Assembly (NCBI GenBank): GCA_051294375.1 | Contig: CM119264.1 | Coordinates: 2,534,475-2,598,474 of the forward strand | From: Paraspadella gotoi | Taxonomy: Eukaryota; Animalia; Chaetognatha | DNA length: 64,000 nt | Direction: 5' to 3' | Shown here: in pieces, positions 1 through 13,100 of the stretch | Layout of the letters: every line of letters starts with the position of its first letter | How positions within the stretch are numbered: the first letter of the stretch is position 1 | Made by a program: the position numbers and the translations under genes | The notes under the pieces: model-generated | Told to the model about the DNA's origin: nothing | The model's database searches: none | The model's input: the letters and a program-made list of their open reading frames with translations, nothing else

Positions 1-63
1 AATATAATAATAATTAATAATAATAATAATAATAATCATCATCATCATCATCATTTTCCTTAC

Positions 64-1490
64 CTATACCCGACGTGAGCCATATCGGCTTCACGTGATC
101 ATCAAGTGAGTCTCACAGCCGAGTTGGGGCATCCCGCCGTAACCGTGGACAGCGACGACCGTCTTCTTGCCATCGCCTGGGATGGAGGAGGAGGAGGAGG
201 AGGAGGAGGAGAGGAGGAAGAGAGAGGAGGAGAAAGGAAAAAAGGAGGAGGAGGAGAAGGAAGAGGAAGGAGAAGGAGAAGAGCAGGAAAGGAGGAGGGG
301 GAGAGAAGAAGAGGAGGAGGAGGAGAAGGAAGAAGAGCAGGAAGAGGAGGAGGTGGAGAAGAGGAGGAGGAGGAGGAGAAGGATGAGAACTTTTTAAATC
401 AATTTTCTTAATGTACACAACGTTTTATGAATTGACTTTAAAATTCCAAAAACAAGAATCAGTCCCAGTTTTATCCTTTTGTCTGAAATCCGTCCTACTT
501 GAGTTATGCTATTGACTTCGCTTATTTAAAAATATACATTTAAATATTTTCACTTTTCTTTTAAAAATTTTTTTTTTCTTAATCATTGCCATTTTTTAAA
601 GATATTATTAGCCACCAATCTAATTAGAATCTTGTTAGAAAGTCATTTATTGAAAAGTCAAAATATCTAAAAGTCTGAACAGAAAAGGGTGGAGGTGATA
701 ATTTCTTATGGGATAAATGTTATCTATGATTCGTTACTGTTGAGGAATAAAAATATAGAGTATAATTGTAGGTTGTATGTTGTATAATGTATATATGTTG
801 CAATCATAACATTAATAAACTCCCCCTCCCTCTTTTCGCTCTCACCGATGTCCACAAAGACTGGACTTCCGCTCTGCCCGCCGTACGTGTCGGCCATGTA
901 GTAGATCCTATAGTCGGACACTGACTGGATCGGTCCGTCTATCTCCCACATGGTGCCGGGCAGCTTGTCCCCAGGATATCCGCAAGTGGACATCCGTTTG
1001 GCGGAGAGGGACGACGCCGACTGGGAGGACGTCCAAGGGAATCCGGTGATGTTGAGAGTTTTATCTGTTTGGAGGAGGAAAAGGTGAGGGGAGGTCGGTT
1101 GTGAGGTGAGAAGGTAAGGAGGTGAGAAAGTGAGTTTGTGAGGAAACGAAACTGTGACTGTGAATGGAAGGGATTTTCGTAAATACCTTTTAATTTTTGA
1201 TAAAGCATTAAGAATACCGTATCAATATTTACGTATTGTGTATCATGTAATACTTATTTTATTGCTTCGTCCTCCTTTGGTCGAATCCGTCAGATCTGAT
1301 TCCATCTCAATTTTTAAATCTAAATCCCGTTTTGTTTTTTTTAAATAAATCCTAAACATCGAAAAATCACAATCCCTCTTTCTCCGTCAGTCACGTGACC
1401 ACTCACCGGCGCCGCGGGCGTCGAACTTCTCCTTGAGGTAGACGGCGCCGATGTCGTGATTTGCGGCGCCGATCGATTTGTAGCGCGAAT
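64..1490 (-). CDS. 3' half (3 exons: 1407-1490, 846-1064, 64-176) of a V8/glutamyl endopeptidase-like (S1B) serine protease; truncated by the N gap at 1491
   Basis: Spliced reading gives SRYKSIGAANHDIGAVYLKEKFDARGA|DKTLNITGFPWTSSQSASSLSAKRMSTCGYPGDKLPGTMWEIDGPIQSVSDYRIYYMADTYGGQSGSPVFVDI|GDGKKTVVAVHGYGG..NSAVRLT. Catalytic Asp (HDIGA) and Ser (GGQSGSP) motifs are present, with GT-AG boundaries in matching phase; the last exon has indels. Confidence 0.85.
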
Positions 1491-2235
1491 NNNNNNNNNN
1501 NNNNNNNNNNNNNNNAAAATATCAAAGATTCCGGTTTAAAGAAAAGCAGAGATAATGCATCCTCAATAAATTTGCTGGCCAAGATTTATCGGAGTAATCC
1601 TTTGACCGGAGAAAATTACATTATAGAAATGATTAAGCTGGAAAATTCTAAACTAACCTATACTTCAGATTGGATTCGAATCATCATTAATTTTTTAAAA
1701 TGACATCCAGTTTTAGCCATACTTGAAAAAAAATTAAACATATTCATTTCATTTTTTAGTTAATTCATATTATGTTTAATTAGTGAACGTCATTTTCCGG
1801 TTAACAAAACTAATCAGGTTAATAAGGTAAAAGGATGACGAAGTATTTTTAATACAAAATCTAGACTACATAGAATGAATTGATGCGAGTGTAACAAAAT
1901 TAGTTTGTTAACCGATACTTATGAAAGCTTTATTATTAAAAATTTCTTCTATTTCGAACCCAAACGTCATACCCCTCCAGACTAGACGTCACTATTGTAA
2001 TAGCTAAAAAAAAATAAACCTTCCCACTATTAACTTGAAATACTTCGGGTAATCTTTCTTACGGAAATTACGGCTCCAAAAGTAGGACCACCATCGAGTC
2101 TGTGATATGAACATGCCACATACAAGTCTGAGCGCCACTGAAGATCTCTCAAGAAATCCTGATGGAGCGAAAATGCGAAAGGTAAAAAAAAAAAAAAACG
2201 CGTAAAAAGAGTAGCAAAGGCACTTGGCATGAGTG

Positions 2236-4198
2236 TCAACGTTGAGGGCGCTTTGCCGGCGGGAAGCGACTCGTCGCCTTTATCTGCGTCGATCGCCCAT
2301 GGCGGCCTTTATCCTTTCTTCTTCCTTTCGTCTCTCCCTCCTTTCGGGATTCTCCACGTTTTGATCGATGTCGCGTCGTCGGTCTTCGTCGTCGACGGCA
2401 CGTCCGGCGTAGGTTCGTCCGTCTTTTTCTCCGCCTGCGGCGACGGCAGTGTCGGCGCCGTCTTCGTCTTCGTCTCCGCCGCGCCGCGGCAGCAGCAGAA
2501 GATGATCAGGATGACGACCGGGTAAGGCGACGACGACGACGTAGACGAAACCAAAGATGGGATTCCGACGGCGATTGCGGGTAGAATATCGAAGATGATT
2601 CTCCTGCGGCGGCTGACGCCGCCCCCTCCTGTTTCAGCTTTCAACCTTCCACGTCTCGTCCGTCCAACTGTGGAAGAACATGAAGACTCGAGGTTGGAAT
2701 ACAGCTTATCACATCATCATCCCACAACTTCCAGTACTCTGGACTATCACTATCACCATCACCCCTCCTATCAACAACGGCGACGTTGCTCGGCCAAAGA
2801 TGAAATGTCGAAGGCGATATTCTCGCTTCATCGTCCAGAGTTCGAGTCCGATGGCGGCGAGGGTGTGATCCTCGAACGCCGATTCGCTTCTCGAAGTAGT
2901 CGCGGAGTTCTTTATCTTCGCGGCTTCCAGATTCCGCTGTAGCCGGATTGTTGATGAGTGGCGGTCGCCGATTTGCCCTAAGGCCGGATATCGATCATCG
3001 GGGCCGACAGGGGCCGCATCTGGCAGCGCTGACAGGCGGGTCCCACAGGGAGGCCTCCCAGTCCCGTTCCATTCGTCGTCCAATCGGCCGGTCTTTCCGC
3101 CGTGCTGCTCGGAATCAATGGGCCTCTTTCGTCCTCCAGCCAACCTTAAATAAATTCGCTATTAATGAAGACAAAAACAAAAAAAAAAGAACTAAACATT
3201 CTTAAGTGACGTCTCACCCTCGGGTTTGACGGCCGTTCCTCGTCGAGGATATCTGGGTGCGTCCTCGTCCCAATCATCGCTTGACTTGCATCGGGATCAT
3301 CAATCTTCCTCTCGCTCGTCCCAGTCCGCGGGTTTCTGTTTTGGATCGTGATCAATCTCCTCCGGGACGATGGCGGCCTCATGTCTTGAGCAGATGACCC
3401 CTGACGGAGGGTCAGCGTTGTCACTTCATTGGACGGTTATAAAATAATTTCAGGAGGACAAACTTACTTTGACAAGACGCTCCCGTCCACTGACATCTGG
3501 TAGGACGAGTCTCCATTGAGCACGAGCCTGGAGGACGTGCGTCTTTCCCACGTCTCGAAATATTTGGTGTGAAGGCAGTCGACCTTCTTGGCTGCTTCTC
3601 TCCACGGCGCCAGAGACTCGGATGGACGTGACGAAGGATGAAGTGGAACTTTTCCTCTGAAGCCGCAACGGTCGGACCGAACATGCATAGCTGAGGGGTT
3701 TTGTCGTGGAACTGTGTAGTCAGCGCCCTCCTCCACCCGAGGAGCAGCTTACGTTAGGCGCCGCGCAAGGTGTGCTCCCGTACTGGAACTTGACCCTCGT
3801 ACTAAAGACGACGGCTTGCCTTCGCGGGTCGAAAGGCGCGTCCAGTTTGGCGGCAATGTCGTGGTGCTTTGCCTTGTCGCGCATGACGAGGGCAAAGCGT
3901 CCGTCGAGGCGACCCCACCGACGTCGCCTCCACGCGCCAGCGTCCTTTCTAATTTGGCAGATGTCGTCGTCCACTCCGTCTTTGGACGCCGTCGAAGGCA
4001 CGAACCGCTTGAGGGCTCTGAAGACGAAAACGGCTCCGCAAAGATAATGCCAGGCCCCGTCCATTTTGGGCTCCACGTAGAGAGGTACTTCCGCACGGTG
4101 CGTTTCGTCACCGTAAGCGGAAGCGAGAGCCAGCCAACGAGAAAATCATCAATAAGTTTGTGGAAATTATCCTTTGAGTAAATCTGCCATGTCGTCAT
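2236..4198 (-). CDS. canx: Calnexin (ER lectin chaperone), frameshifted in this assembly, with about 3 short introns (approx. 3424-3467, 3146-3217, 2669-2762)
   Basis: Stitched frames give LVMRDKAKHHDIAAKLDAPF, VKFQYG..CGGAYVKLL-like, MFGP/DRCG..KFHFILRH, P-domain repeats (KIDDPDA, VKPEG|WLEDE), AAIGLELWTM, a TM segment PVVILIIFCCC and a charged tail ending KRPQR-stop. All are hallmark calnexin motifs. Confidence 0.9.
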
Positions 4199-7100
4199 TT
4201 TCTATCACAGTTATTACGCTAATTTGAAGATGGCGATAATTATAAATGAGAATGGTTCTATATATTACTTTTTCTTGAAAAAAACTAATTACGGGAGCAT
4301 AATCATTAATTAATTAATCTATAAAAAACAATTCCCGTTAAATTTGTTGCGAAAGAGAAAATATGTAATACAACTTTCTTTTTACAAGCGCGAAAAAATT
4401 ATTTTTCAATTACGCGCGACGTCTAGAACCTCCATTAATTACAACACTCAAACTTTAATTCACGATGGAACGGACTCCACGATGCGAGGGACGATGCGCT
4501 TCTACCTTTTCACTGGGAGCCGCCTTCCCTCGTGTTCACGGTAATTTCCTCCGATCCAGGGACACGTTCATTACAAGAAAATTCATAATGATTAAAAGAA
4601 AAAAAATACCGACGACCACGGTCACCGCGACGCGAAAAACGAGGTCGAAATCCGGAATCCGCTAGGTCCGTCTTTCCGTTGGGCCGATCGATACTTTACC
4701 CTCCTCGCCTTTTCCTTTTTTTTTTCTTTTTTTTTCGTAATTTCATATATTTTTTTCTTTGGCTCGAAAAACTGTTTTTGTGTCTCCACATGGCGACAGA
4801 CTCCGTATCAAGGCGGAGGCGGGAAATGACGGTAGGGCGAGGAGGAGGAGGAGGAAGAGGAAGAAGAGAGAAAAGAAAGGCGAAGGAGAGAAGAAAAGAA
4901 AGAGATATTTGTAATAAGAAGGGGCAAGAGGAAGAAGAAGGAAGATGAGTTAAGTCTGAAATAACGACAAGAAAGCTGGAAGGAAAGATAGAAGAAAAAG
5001 GAGGAGGAGGAGCAGGGAAGTGAAGTAGCAACGGTCACTCTTCTTTTTCGGTCTTCTTCTCCTTCTCTCCTTCCCATCCCTATTGAATGAGCGTGCTTAT
5101 TTATTATTAACATATACTTCTAAAATTTAAGGCTATGAGGAAAGAAAATAACTATTTAGTAGCTGTTTATCTTGTTATTATGATTTTTTTAAATTTACGT
5201 ATATTTAGGCCTCACTCTGCTTCTAATGTTTTTTTCTTTATTTTTTGATTTAAACCCACTTATATCATTCGGATGACTATAGTATATTGTAAATATATAA
5301 TATGAGGTCCAGAAATAATTAGATCAGCTTATGATGAAAATGGAATACACTAGTTAAATTCTGTTATAAACCCAGTTCATAGATTCCTGTTTCTACTTGG
5401 CCCACTTGACTTTTCCTTTCAATTCCTAGATGAGAGCAAGCACATGCACTATTAAGTTTGCATGTTAATGAGACTTTACCTTCACCTTTCTCTCTTTAAT
5501 TTCTTTTCTTTTCAAAGTCTTATCTATCTCTCTCTTTTCGCTATGATGAAAATTGGAAAAACCTGGGTTCCTCTGAAAGGTTGCAAAACGTCACGACTAC
5601 GCCAGGCGCACTTTCTCTCTCTCTCTCTCCTTCTCTCTCTCTCTCTCTCTCTGCTGTTCTTCTCCCCCCAAGGCATATTAGAAAAAAGGCTCTGAAAGGA
5701 CATTCTCGCAATGGCAACGCTTCCATTTGATTCCAGCACTGGACAGTAACGGTGACGAATGAGGTTTTGACCTTCCGTGTGTGCGCCGTTGTCTCGCCAG
5801 ATTCGAAATTCCGTTTTTCCAAATTGAATGTGGTGGTCGCGTATATGGAGAAAAATGAAGGATGGGAAAAGGATTAATTCTTTTGTCCTAATGGGATTTG
5901 GCAATGGATCACTTATTTAACCTTGCTGTGCCAGTGTGCACTGTTGAACTTTGTTCTGGCTGTTTTTAACATGATAAAAATTCTGTATACTACAATATTC
6001 TAAGTACATAGAGGACTACATCAACGCCAACGCATCTCTCATGCTTATGATTTCTTTTCAGTCTGCTTCTTACTTCTTAGAACCTGTACGTTTTTTCGAA
6101 TTCCGTTAACGGATGTGGGTCAGACGACAAGTCGAAGGACGAGAAGTTCGTGTCTTGGAAATATTAGAATTTTGGAAATTACGCCAGAAAGTTTAAAACC
6201 ACCACTGCTGAACTGTTATAAAGTTACTGAATATTAATTATTCAAATCAGTAAGAATTATAGTTTTACGTTGAATATGCAAAGTGATAAAATTTTCGTAA
6301 ATAACCAACGACAACTCAAAAAGAATAAATCAATCACGAAATCAATTTTAGGTTACAAAATATATTGGAGTTGGCAAAACTTATTCATTATGTGACTAAT
6401 TATTGAAAGAAATAAAAAAGACATCGAAAACATTGTAAGAAAATGTACATTTAAATTCGCGTATTTCCGACTCCCCGACGAGCCGAACTGGGTTCGACTG
6501 TGAAAAAAAAATACAAAAACGGCTCACCTAAAATTTTCAAAAGTTATTTGTTCGATTGTCGATTGTTGGAAAACGAGTTATTTGGTTTCTGATGGCGATA
6601 GTAATAAATCACCCGCGAATATGATACTTATATATTTATTAAATTATACTGATTAATAAGTTCATATCAGATGAAAAGAGTTACGAAACTTATTTACTTT
6701 TTCACGCTTATCGTATAAAAATAATCAAAAATGACGTTAAAAATTGCCCAAATTGATCTATTAGATTTCATGTCGTAATAAATTGAGGAAAACCTAAAAA
6801 AACCCGCAAAACCGTAGGTGATCACTCATGACTCAAAAAATGTGTCAGCGAGTCATCAATATCATCTGATCATACTTATTCCTTTTTTTCCCCTTTTTCA
6901 CTACATTTAATTTTTCCCTTTTTTAAATCTTTGGTTTATCGTTTAATTCTCAATGCTTGGTCGCCAAGCTTGGTTTTTGAACACATTTGGGTGCCAATCA
7001 GAGTTTTAAACAAATTGTAGTTTCAACGTTATCGATTCTCCGACTTAATTTTTTTGTACCACGGTAAATCCGAATAGAAAAAAAAAAAAGGGAAAAAAAC

Positions 7101-7588
7101 GCTCCCCCGTAGATCTTCAAGTTTGATAAAATGATCTGTCGACGAACTGATCAAAATGTTTGCAATTACTTTTCGAATCTTATTATAAAAAAAGAAAGGA
7201 TGAAGACTTTAAAGGCACACACGCCGCTCTATCTTCTCTTTCATCACAATCTTAGTCCTGAGGGAAAGACTTTTTATTTTCTTTTATCGCCAACAAAAGA
7301 AATTAAAAAAAAAAAAGGATTTCGTAAAGAATAAAAAAAGGAGAAAAGAAAAGCGAAATTTGAATCGCGATTCGAATTTTTGATTTTCGCCTTTGGTGAT
7401 TGGTGATTAACACACGAGTGATTAACTTGGGTGATCGTCGCGACACTCGGAATGGGGAAGGCGTTGGAGAGAACTTTACTTCACTTGATCTCTTTCTTCT
7501 ACTTAAAGACTATCAACCGAATTTATTTGTAATAATTATTTTTTCGATTAAGGATAATTAATTAAAAAAAAAAATATAACCTCTCAAG

Positions 7589-10110
7589 ATGCCTCGCTGA
7601 CAGTCGAATTCGCCTTCGGCACCTGATTTTCTTCGCCGTCGCTTTTTATTCTTTCGTCGCTTCAACAAAAGGCGAATTCGCTGTCAGGAAACGACGGACG
7701 ACGCGACGACGACAACGACGACGTCGAACGAACGAGCGACGACGACGACGACAACGTCCGCCCTTAGGGTCACAGACTCGTCTGAAAGACAATTTCCAAT
7801 TTGGGTAAGAGTTCTTTCCGCTAGGAAAAGAGCGCGCGGTCTTGAAGACGTGTGGTCTAAAAGGCGAGGGCAGTCTTAAATGCGTTTGGTCTTGAAAGGC
7901 CGTGTGGTCTTAAAGGCATATAGTCCTCAAGACGTGTCAATGGATCGGTCTTAAAGTAGTCTTAAAACTAAGAGATACTTAAAGGCGCCCGTGATCTTAA
8001 GATGTGATGTCGTAAAGATACGTGTCCAAATGGTGTGTCGTGTCTTAAAGCAGCACAATCCTAATTACTTAACGGATGCAACCGCCCAGTCCTAAGTCCG
8101 CTGCTGAATGTAAAGGGCGCGCAGTCTAAAAGACGCGCGGTCTTAAAGGGCTCAAACTCGATGACAAATGGTCTTTTTCTTCTCGCGTTTAGAAATTTGA
8201 AAATGGGGCTGACGTAGCCGAAGATTAGTTTCGACTACAACGGACATTCGCCTACGACGAGCGATCGTCGCAGGCCTTTGCCATTCTCCATTAAAAAATG
8301 TTTAATCTCTACGATTAAAGTTTTACAAAATTAAAAACTTGTTTCTCGAAAAAAATCAAGTTTTGCGGAAACAACGGATGAAAGACGGGCAAAATTATAG
8401 ATTGCACTCCGGTGATTATCATTTTTTAAAATATATCGAAATTTATAAATACGTTGGTGATTGATTATGCTTCGCATTTCCTACGGAACAAAATTTTTTT
8501 TGAAGAATACATTAAGATCTAATCATTTATTCCGTTCTTCCTTCCCTTAATTGCGCGAAAAATTCAATTAACAAACCTGGAACACGAAAAGACAACGCAG
8601 CACTTCCGCTGAAAAATACAAGCTTCCGCGGTGACAGCGCTCGAGCGGGAAAAAAGAAAGTTCGTGACAGGAAACGACGGGAAGAACAAAAGGCTGCTTT
8701 CGAAAATCATTAAAAAAAATGGAGTGAAAAAAAAACACATTAAGAAAATAATTGAAAAACGAGATTAAAATTATTTCTGTCCGGTGCATTGATATAACCT
8801 CTAAAGCAAGGCGATTAATTTCAACACCCATGTATGGGGAAAAAGAAGTCCCATTAAGTTTTTGATACCCGAGACCTAACTCGACTCTCGAGTCATTGAG
8901 GAAGATTGGTTTTTAGCCGGGCCAGAGTGTGGGGGGGGGGAGAGAGGGGGGTTACAGCGGCCAAAATTATTGCTGGTTGGAGAGATTTGTTATAGTGAGA
9001 GTTAGATCGGATGTATGTTGGATGTGGGACTTCTAAGAGAAGTAAAGGTTATCCTCTCTCAGAAGCGAGGTTGGGGTATCTGGTTGGAGAGGAGAGAGAA
9101 CTCAAAAATATGACCTCGCCCTCTCCCTTTAGAATACCGGCGATTATGTTTATGGATGCCATATTAGAGGATTAAACCGAAGATGCGAGGAGAAGGGAGA
9201 GAGAGAAAAGAAGAAACCTTGGAGAAGTGATGCGATATAGCAGGAGAGAGACGTCACGCGTACACGAAAGAGAGAGAGAGCAGAGAGAGAAAGGAAGAGA
9301 GATGAGAGAGCAGAGAATGAGAGATGAGAGTGGGAACAAGGCGGCCAAAATACCCATTTGGTTTTAGAGACAGACGGACACCGGCGCGACAGAGAGGAAA
9401 GATAAGAAAGACTGCACATAGCGAAGACGTTAGCTTTGGTTTTCAAAAATAGTTTGAACAACGTAAATTTTTTTTTAACATTAAAATCAAAGACGAAAAA
9501 TTTTTTTTTTTAGAAAAAAATATCGGAATTCAGTCAATAACATCATCGACGAACGACATCTCCCTGTCGACGTTGCTGCTGCTGCTACTGGCTGCTGCGG
9601 CAACAACTCGGCGACTACAAATTGGTAAACAAAAACAAATTATAACGTTAATATCGATTTTTTCTAAACATACCAGTTAGTTTTTTTTCCATTATTTTTT
9701 CTCCTTTGTTTTAACTTCTATATTTTTCCTTTCTTTATCTCTGCTTCTATTTTTATTCTGTTTTCCTCCATCCATTCCATTCTGTTTTTCGGTTTTCAAA
9801 TAGAGCGACTTTTTCACGCTCATTTTTTTTCTGCTCCGGAATGAGTTTTCAATCATATGCTATTTTTTTCTCCTAACACTCGACGTATTTTGTCTTCCAC
9901 CCCATCCCCGTCCATTCCCGGGTCCATTCTCGGTCCGATCCCGGTTCGATCTTCCTGTCCCGAATCCGGCGCTATAACGTCCAGTCCCAACTTTGATCTA
10001 TGTTTTCGATTCTGACTTCCGTCTTCAAGCGGGCACTAACGTTTTAGTAAGGGATATGGAATCAATGTGGCTAAATATAATTTGCAATAATTCATTTTCC
10101 CCTCTCTCTC

Positions 10111-10146
<36 letters not shown>

Positions 10147-10160
10147 CTCTCTCTCTTCTC

Positions 10161-10199
<39 letters not shown>

Positions 10200-13100
10200 C
10201 CACCCTCATCCGCCACGTCACCCTCCTGGGTGCGACTTCTCTCTGCGGAGACGAAAAAAGTTTCCTTCTTGAGGGACCAAACGACGACAACGACGACGAC
10301 GCGACGACGACGACAACCGACGACGACGACGACGACGACACCGGACGACGACGACGACGACGACGAGACTACGACGGCGACGGACGGAGGGACGACCGAC
10401 TTCAACTCCCCCGCCAGGATTGTTTGACTCTTTCCCACCCGTTTGTCGCCTCCGATGCCGAGAATGAGATCATTCGAAAAAAAGGCGGGGGAAATCCGAT
10501 CCCGAAGAAGGACAAGAAAATGTGAAAGAATAGAGAAGGATATATTTAAAAATTATGTATATTAATTTGAGTTTATAAAATAATTCAAAATTAATTAAAA
10601 CCCTCTTTTGACAGTTTCATTTTCATGAGGTCACATATTCCATTTTCGGGCTTTAAATATTATCTAACGCCTATCTATCACTTGGCTTAAATTTTGGCCA
10701 AAAAGTTTAAACTTATTTTCCAATCACGTTCAATTCTGTAAATATACTTTCGATTAATTAAATAATTAATAATTAATTGATAATTAATAATTAATTAATT
10801 AATAATTAATAATAATTAATATTAATAATTATTAATTTATTAATTAATAGTTTTTACCTTTAATTCCTCCTGTAAGGCAGAATCGAAAAATTCTCCGTCG
10901 CTATGCAAGTAACCGTTTTCGTTTGGGAGCAGACGGCGTTTGAAGTCGGTTGCGCCGCTAACACAAAAAGGACATCGACGATGAAAACGACCGACGACGA
11001 CCGAATCTCAAGAGGAAATTAGGACAAAAAAGATGAAAATTCAAATCGGGATTATCTGACGCCTCTGACGGTGAGAAATCTGAGAGTAAAATCAGCTTTT
11101 TATTGTTTAAAAGCTACATTTAACATTAAATTATACAGCTTAGCTAACAGCCAGCGATGTTCTCATATCTTATCAGTTTGATGAAATTGGTAATACCAAA
11201 TTATGACACTGAAGATCGCGGCTGCTTCTTCATTTTGTTATTATGTCACACCGGAAACAAAGACTAAATTTTTGAATTAAAGCTTTTTTATACAATCTTG
11301 CTACATTCACATTATTTTAATTTTCGTTTAAATCATAGTTTATTAACTTCATATCCAACATTCATTTTTGACACCCGACTTGAAACGAAAGATTACGAGT
11401 ATGGCAACGTATTATACAATAGACTTTATTTAATTCTTCAGTTGACTTCACTTGACTCCTCTTCCCTCTTCAATTCCTTCCTCGATCCTTCAGCTACACC
11501 AAACGAGAGACGGACGAGGAAGCTCGAAGAGCTCACGCCTTTTCCTTCAAGATTCTCTCGCGCAGGAAGTTAGAAAAATCCAAGAGATTCGATTCCAGCG
11601 GGAAAATGGCGGAGCGAAGACCTGACGGACGGTGAGAGAGAATGGAGAGAGAGAGGAGGATGAGAGATGAGACGAGAGAATGAGAGGAGAGAGAGATGGA
11701 GAGAGAGAGAGAGAGATGACGAGATGAAAGAGGGAGAAGAGATAGACGAGAGAGAGAGAACAGAGAGAAAAGAGAGAGAATGAAGAAGATAGATAGAGAG
11801 AGAGAAGAGAGACGAAGAGAAGAGAGATGAGAGAGAGAGAGAGAAAGATAAGAGAGAAAGATGAGCAGTGAGAAAGAGAGGAAAGAGAGAATAGAAGGTA
11901 AAATTCATTGACGATAAAGGTGAAGCTATAGAAGAAAATTAAACATACATTTAAGATTATTCTGTTTATCTTACTTTTTTTATTATTAGTAATAATCTTT
12001 TGTCGTCTGTGTCTGTAATTTTCAGTTGGAGAATTTCTCAGAAAAGTTCCATAATGAGTCGCGCCGAAGTCTTCCCAAGATTCTCATGGACGAGGGTCTC
12101 TTGCGTGATTCGTCCAACGCGAAAGGCTCTTACTTCATTTTCTTCCGGTTCTTTATTTGTTAAGATTAGAAATTGTTAAAAATTAAAATTGTTTTATCCC
12201 AAACGAAGAAGAATTACCTCAACGATCTTCTCGACCAAACCAAGATCAGCATCGCGTGGTCCGAAGAAACTAGCGCCCCTCTGCAGTCGTCACTCCGTTT
12301 TAATTTTAAAACTATTTTAATACATTAGATAGTTAAAGATTTTACTAAAACTTTTGAACTAAAGTTGAATCGTTGCTCATTTCTCATTTTTTCTCTCATC
12401 GGTCAAGAAAAAAAATTATTTTCACAATATTTTCGCTTTAAAATTTTCCCTGAAAATCCTAAAAAGATTTTTATTTAAATTTACGTTAAAAACATCCCCA
12501 ACTTCAAATGAATCGAGCTTCACTTTTTGCTTTGATTTCTTTGCACAATAAATCACCGCTTTTTTTTCACGTGACTCCAAAGTAAATAAACATTAGTTTA
12601 TATTATTTGTTTGTAAACTTTCAGTTCGTTGGATATGACCCCGTGATAAATCGTTAATTATCAAAATTCACCGAAGAAAACAGAGAAAAAGTTTTTTCAA
12701 AGACAAAAAAGGTTTGGAATGAATTACGAAGTGAGATTTTTTTATTCGGTATAATTTGAACACTAGAATACAAATAAGGAAGAACTAAAAGGCGTTTATT
12801 ATTATTATCAGTTAACATAAATTAAATTTAATAATCTTCCCTTGGAGAGGAATTTATTTAAAATTTTAAAAAATTTACGCCCTCTTGCGAGTACGGAGTA
12901 GGTTAAAATCACAAACTATACCACTATCTCCTTGTTTTTTTGTTTTTTTTTTTAAATTGATGAAATCTAATTCCCTCCTTCTCAGAGGGCGCCATTCCTC
13001 CAGATCCTCCTCCGCCGCGAGTTTCCTCCGACGTGTGCGTCGCCTCGACGCTGCGAGGACGATCGACTCGAAGACGAGAAGGCTGTCGAAGAGAAGTTGA

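Noticed and set aside
724-993. Bacterial contamination as the source of the V8-like ORF
   Set aside because: The motif-bearing segment is bounded by in-phase GT-AG introns with host-type microsatellites.
5524-5904. 126-aa minus-strand ORF upstream of calnexin
   Set aside because: No recognisable motif or convincing splice sites, and partly GA repeat.
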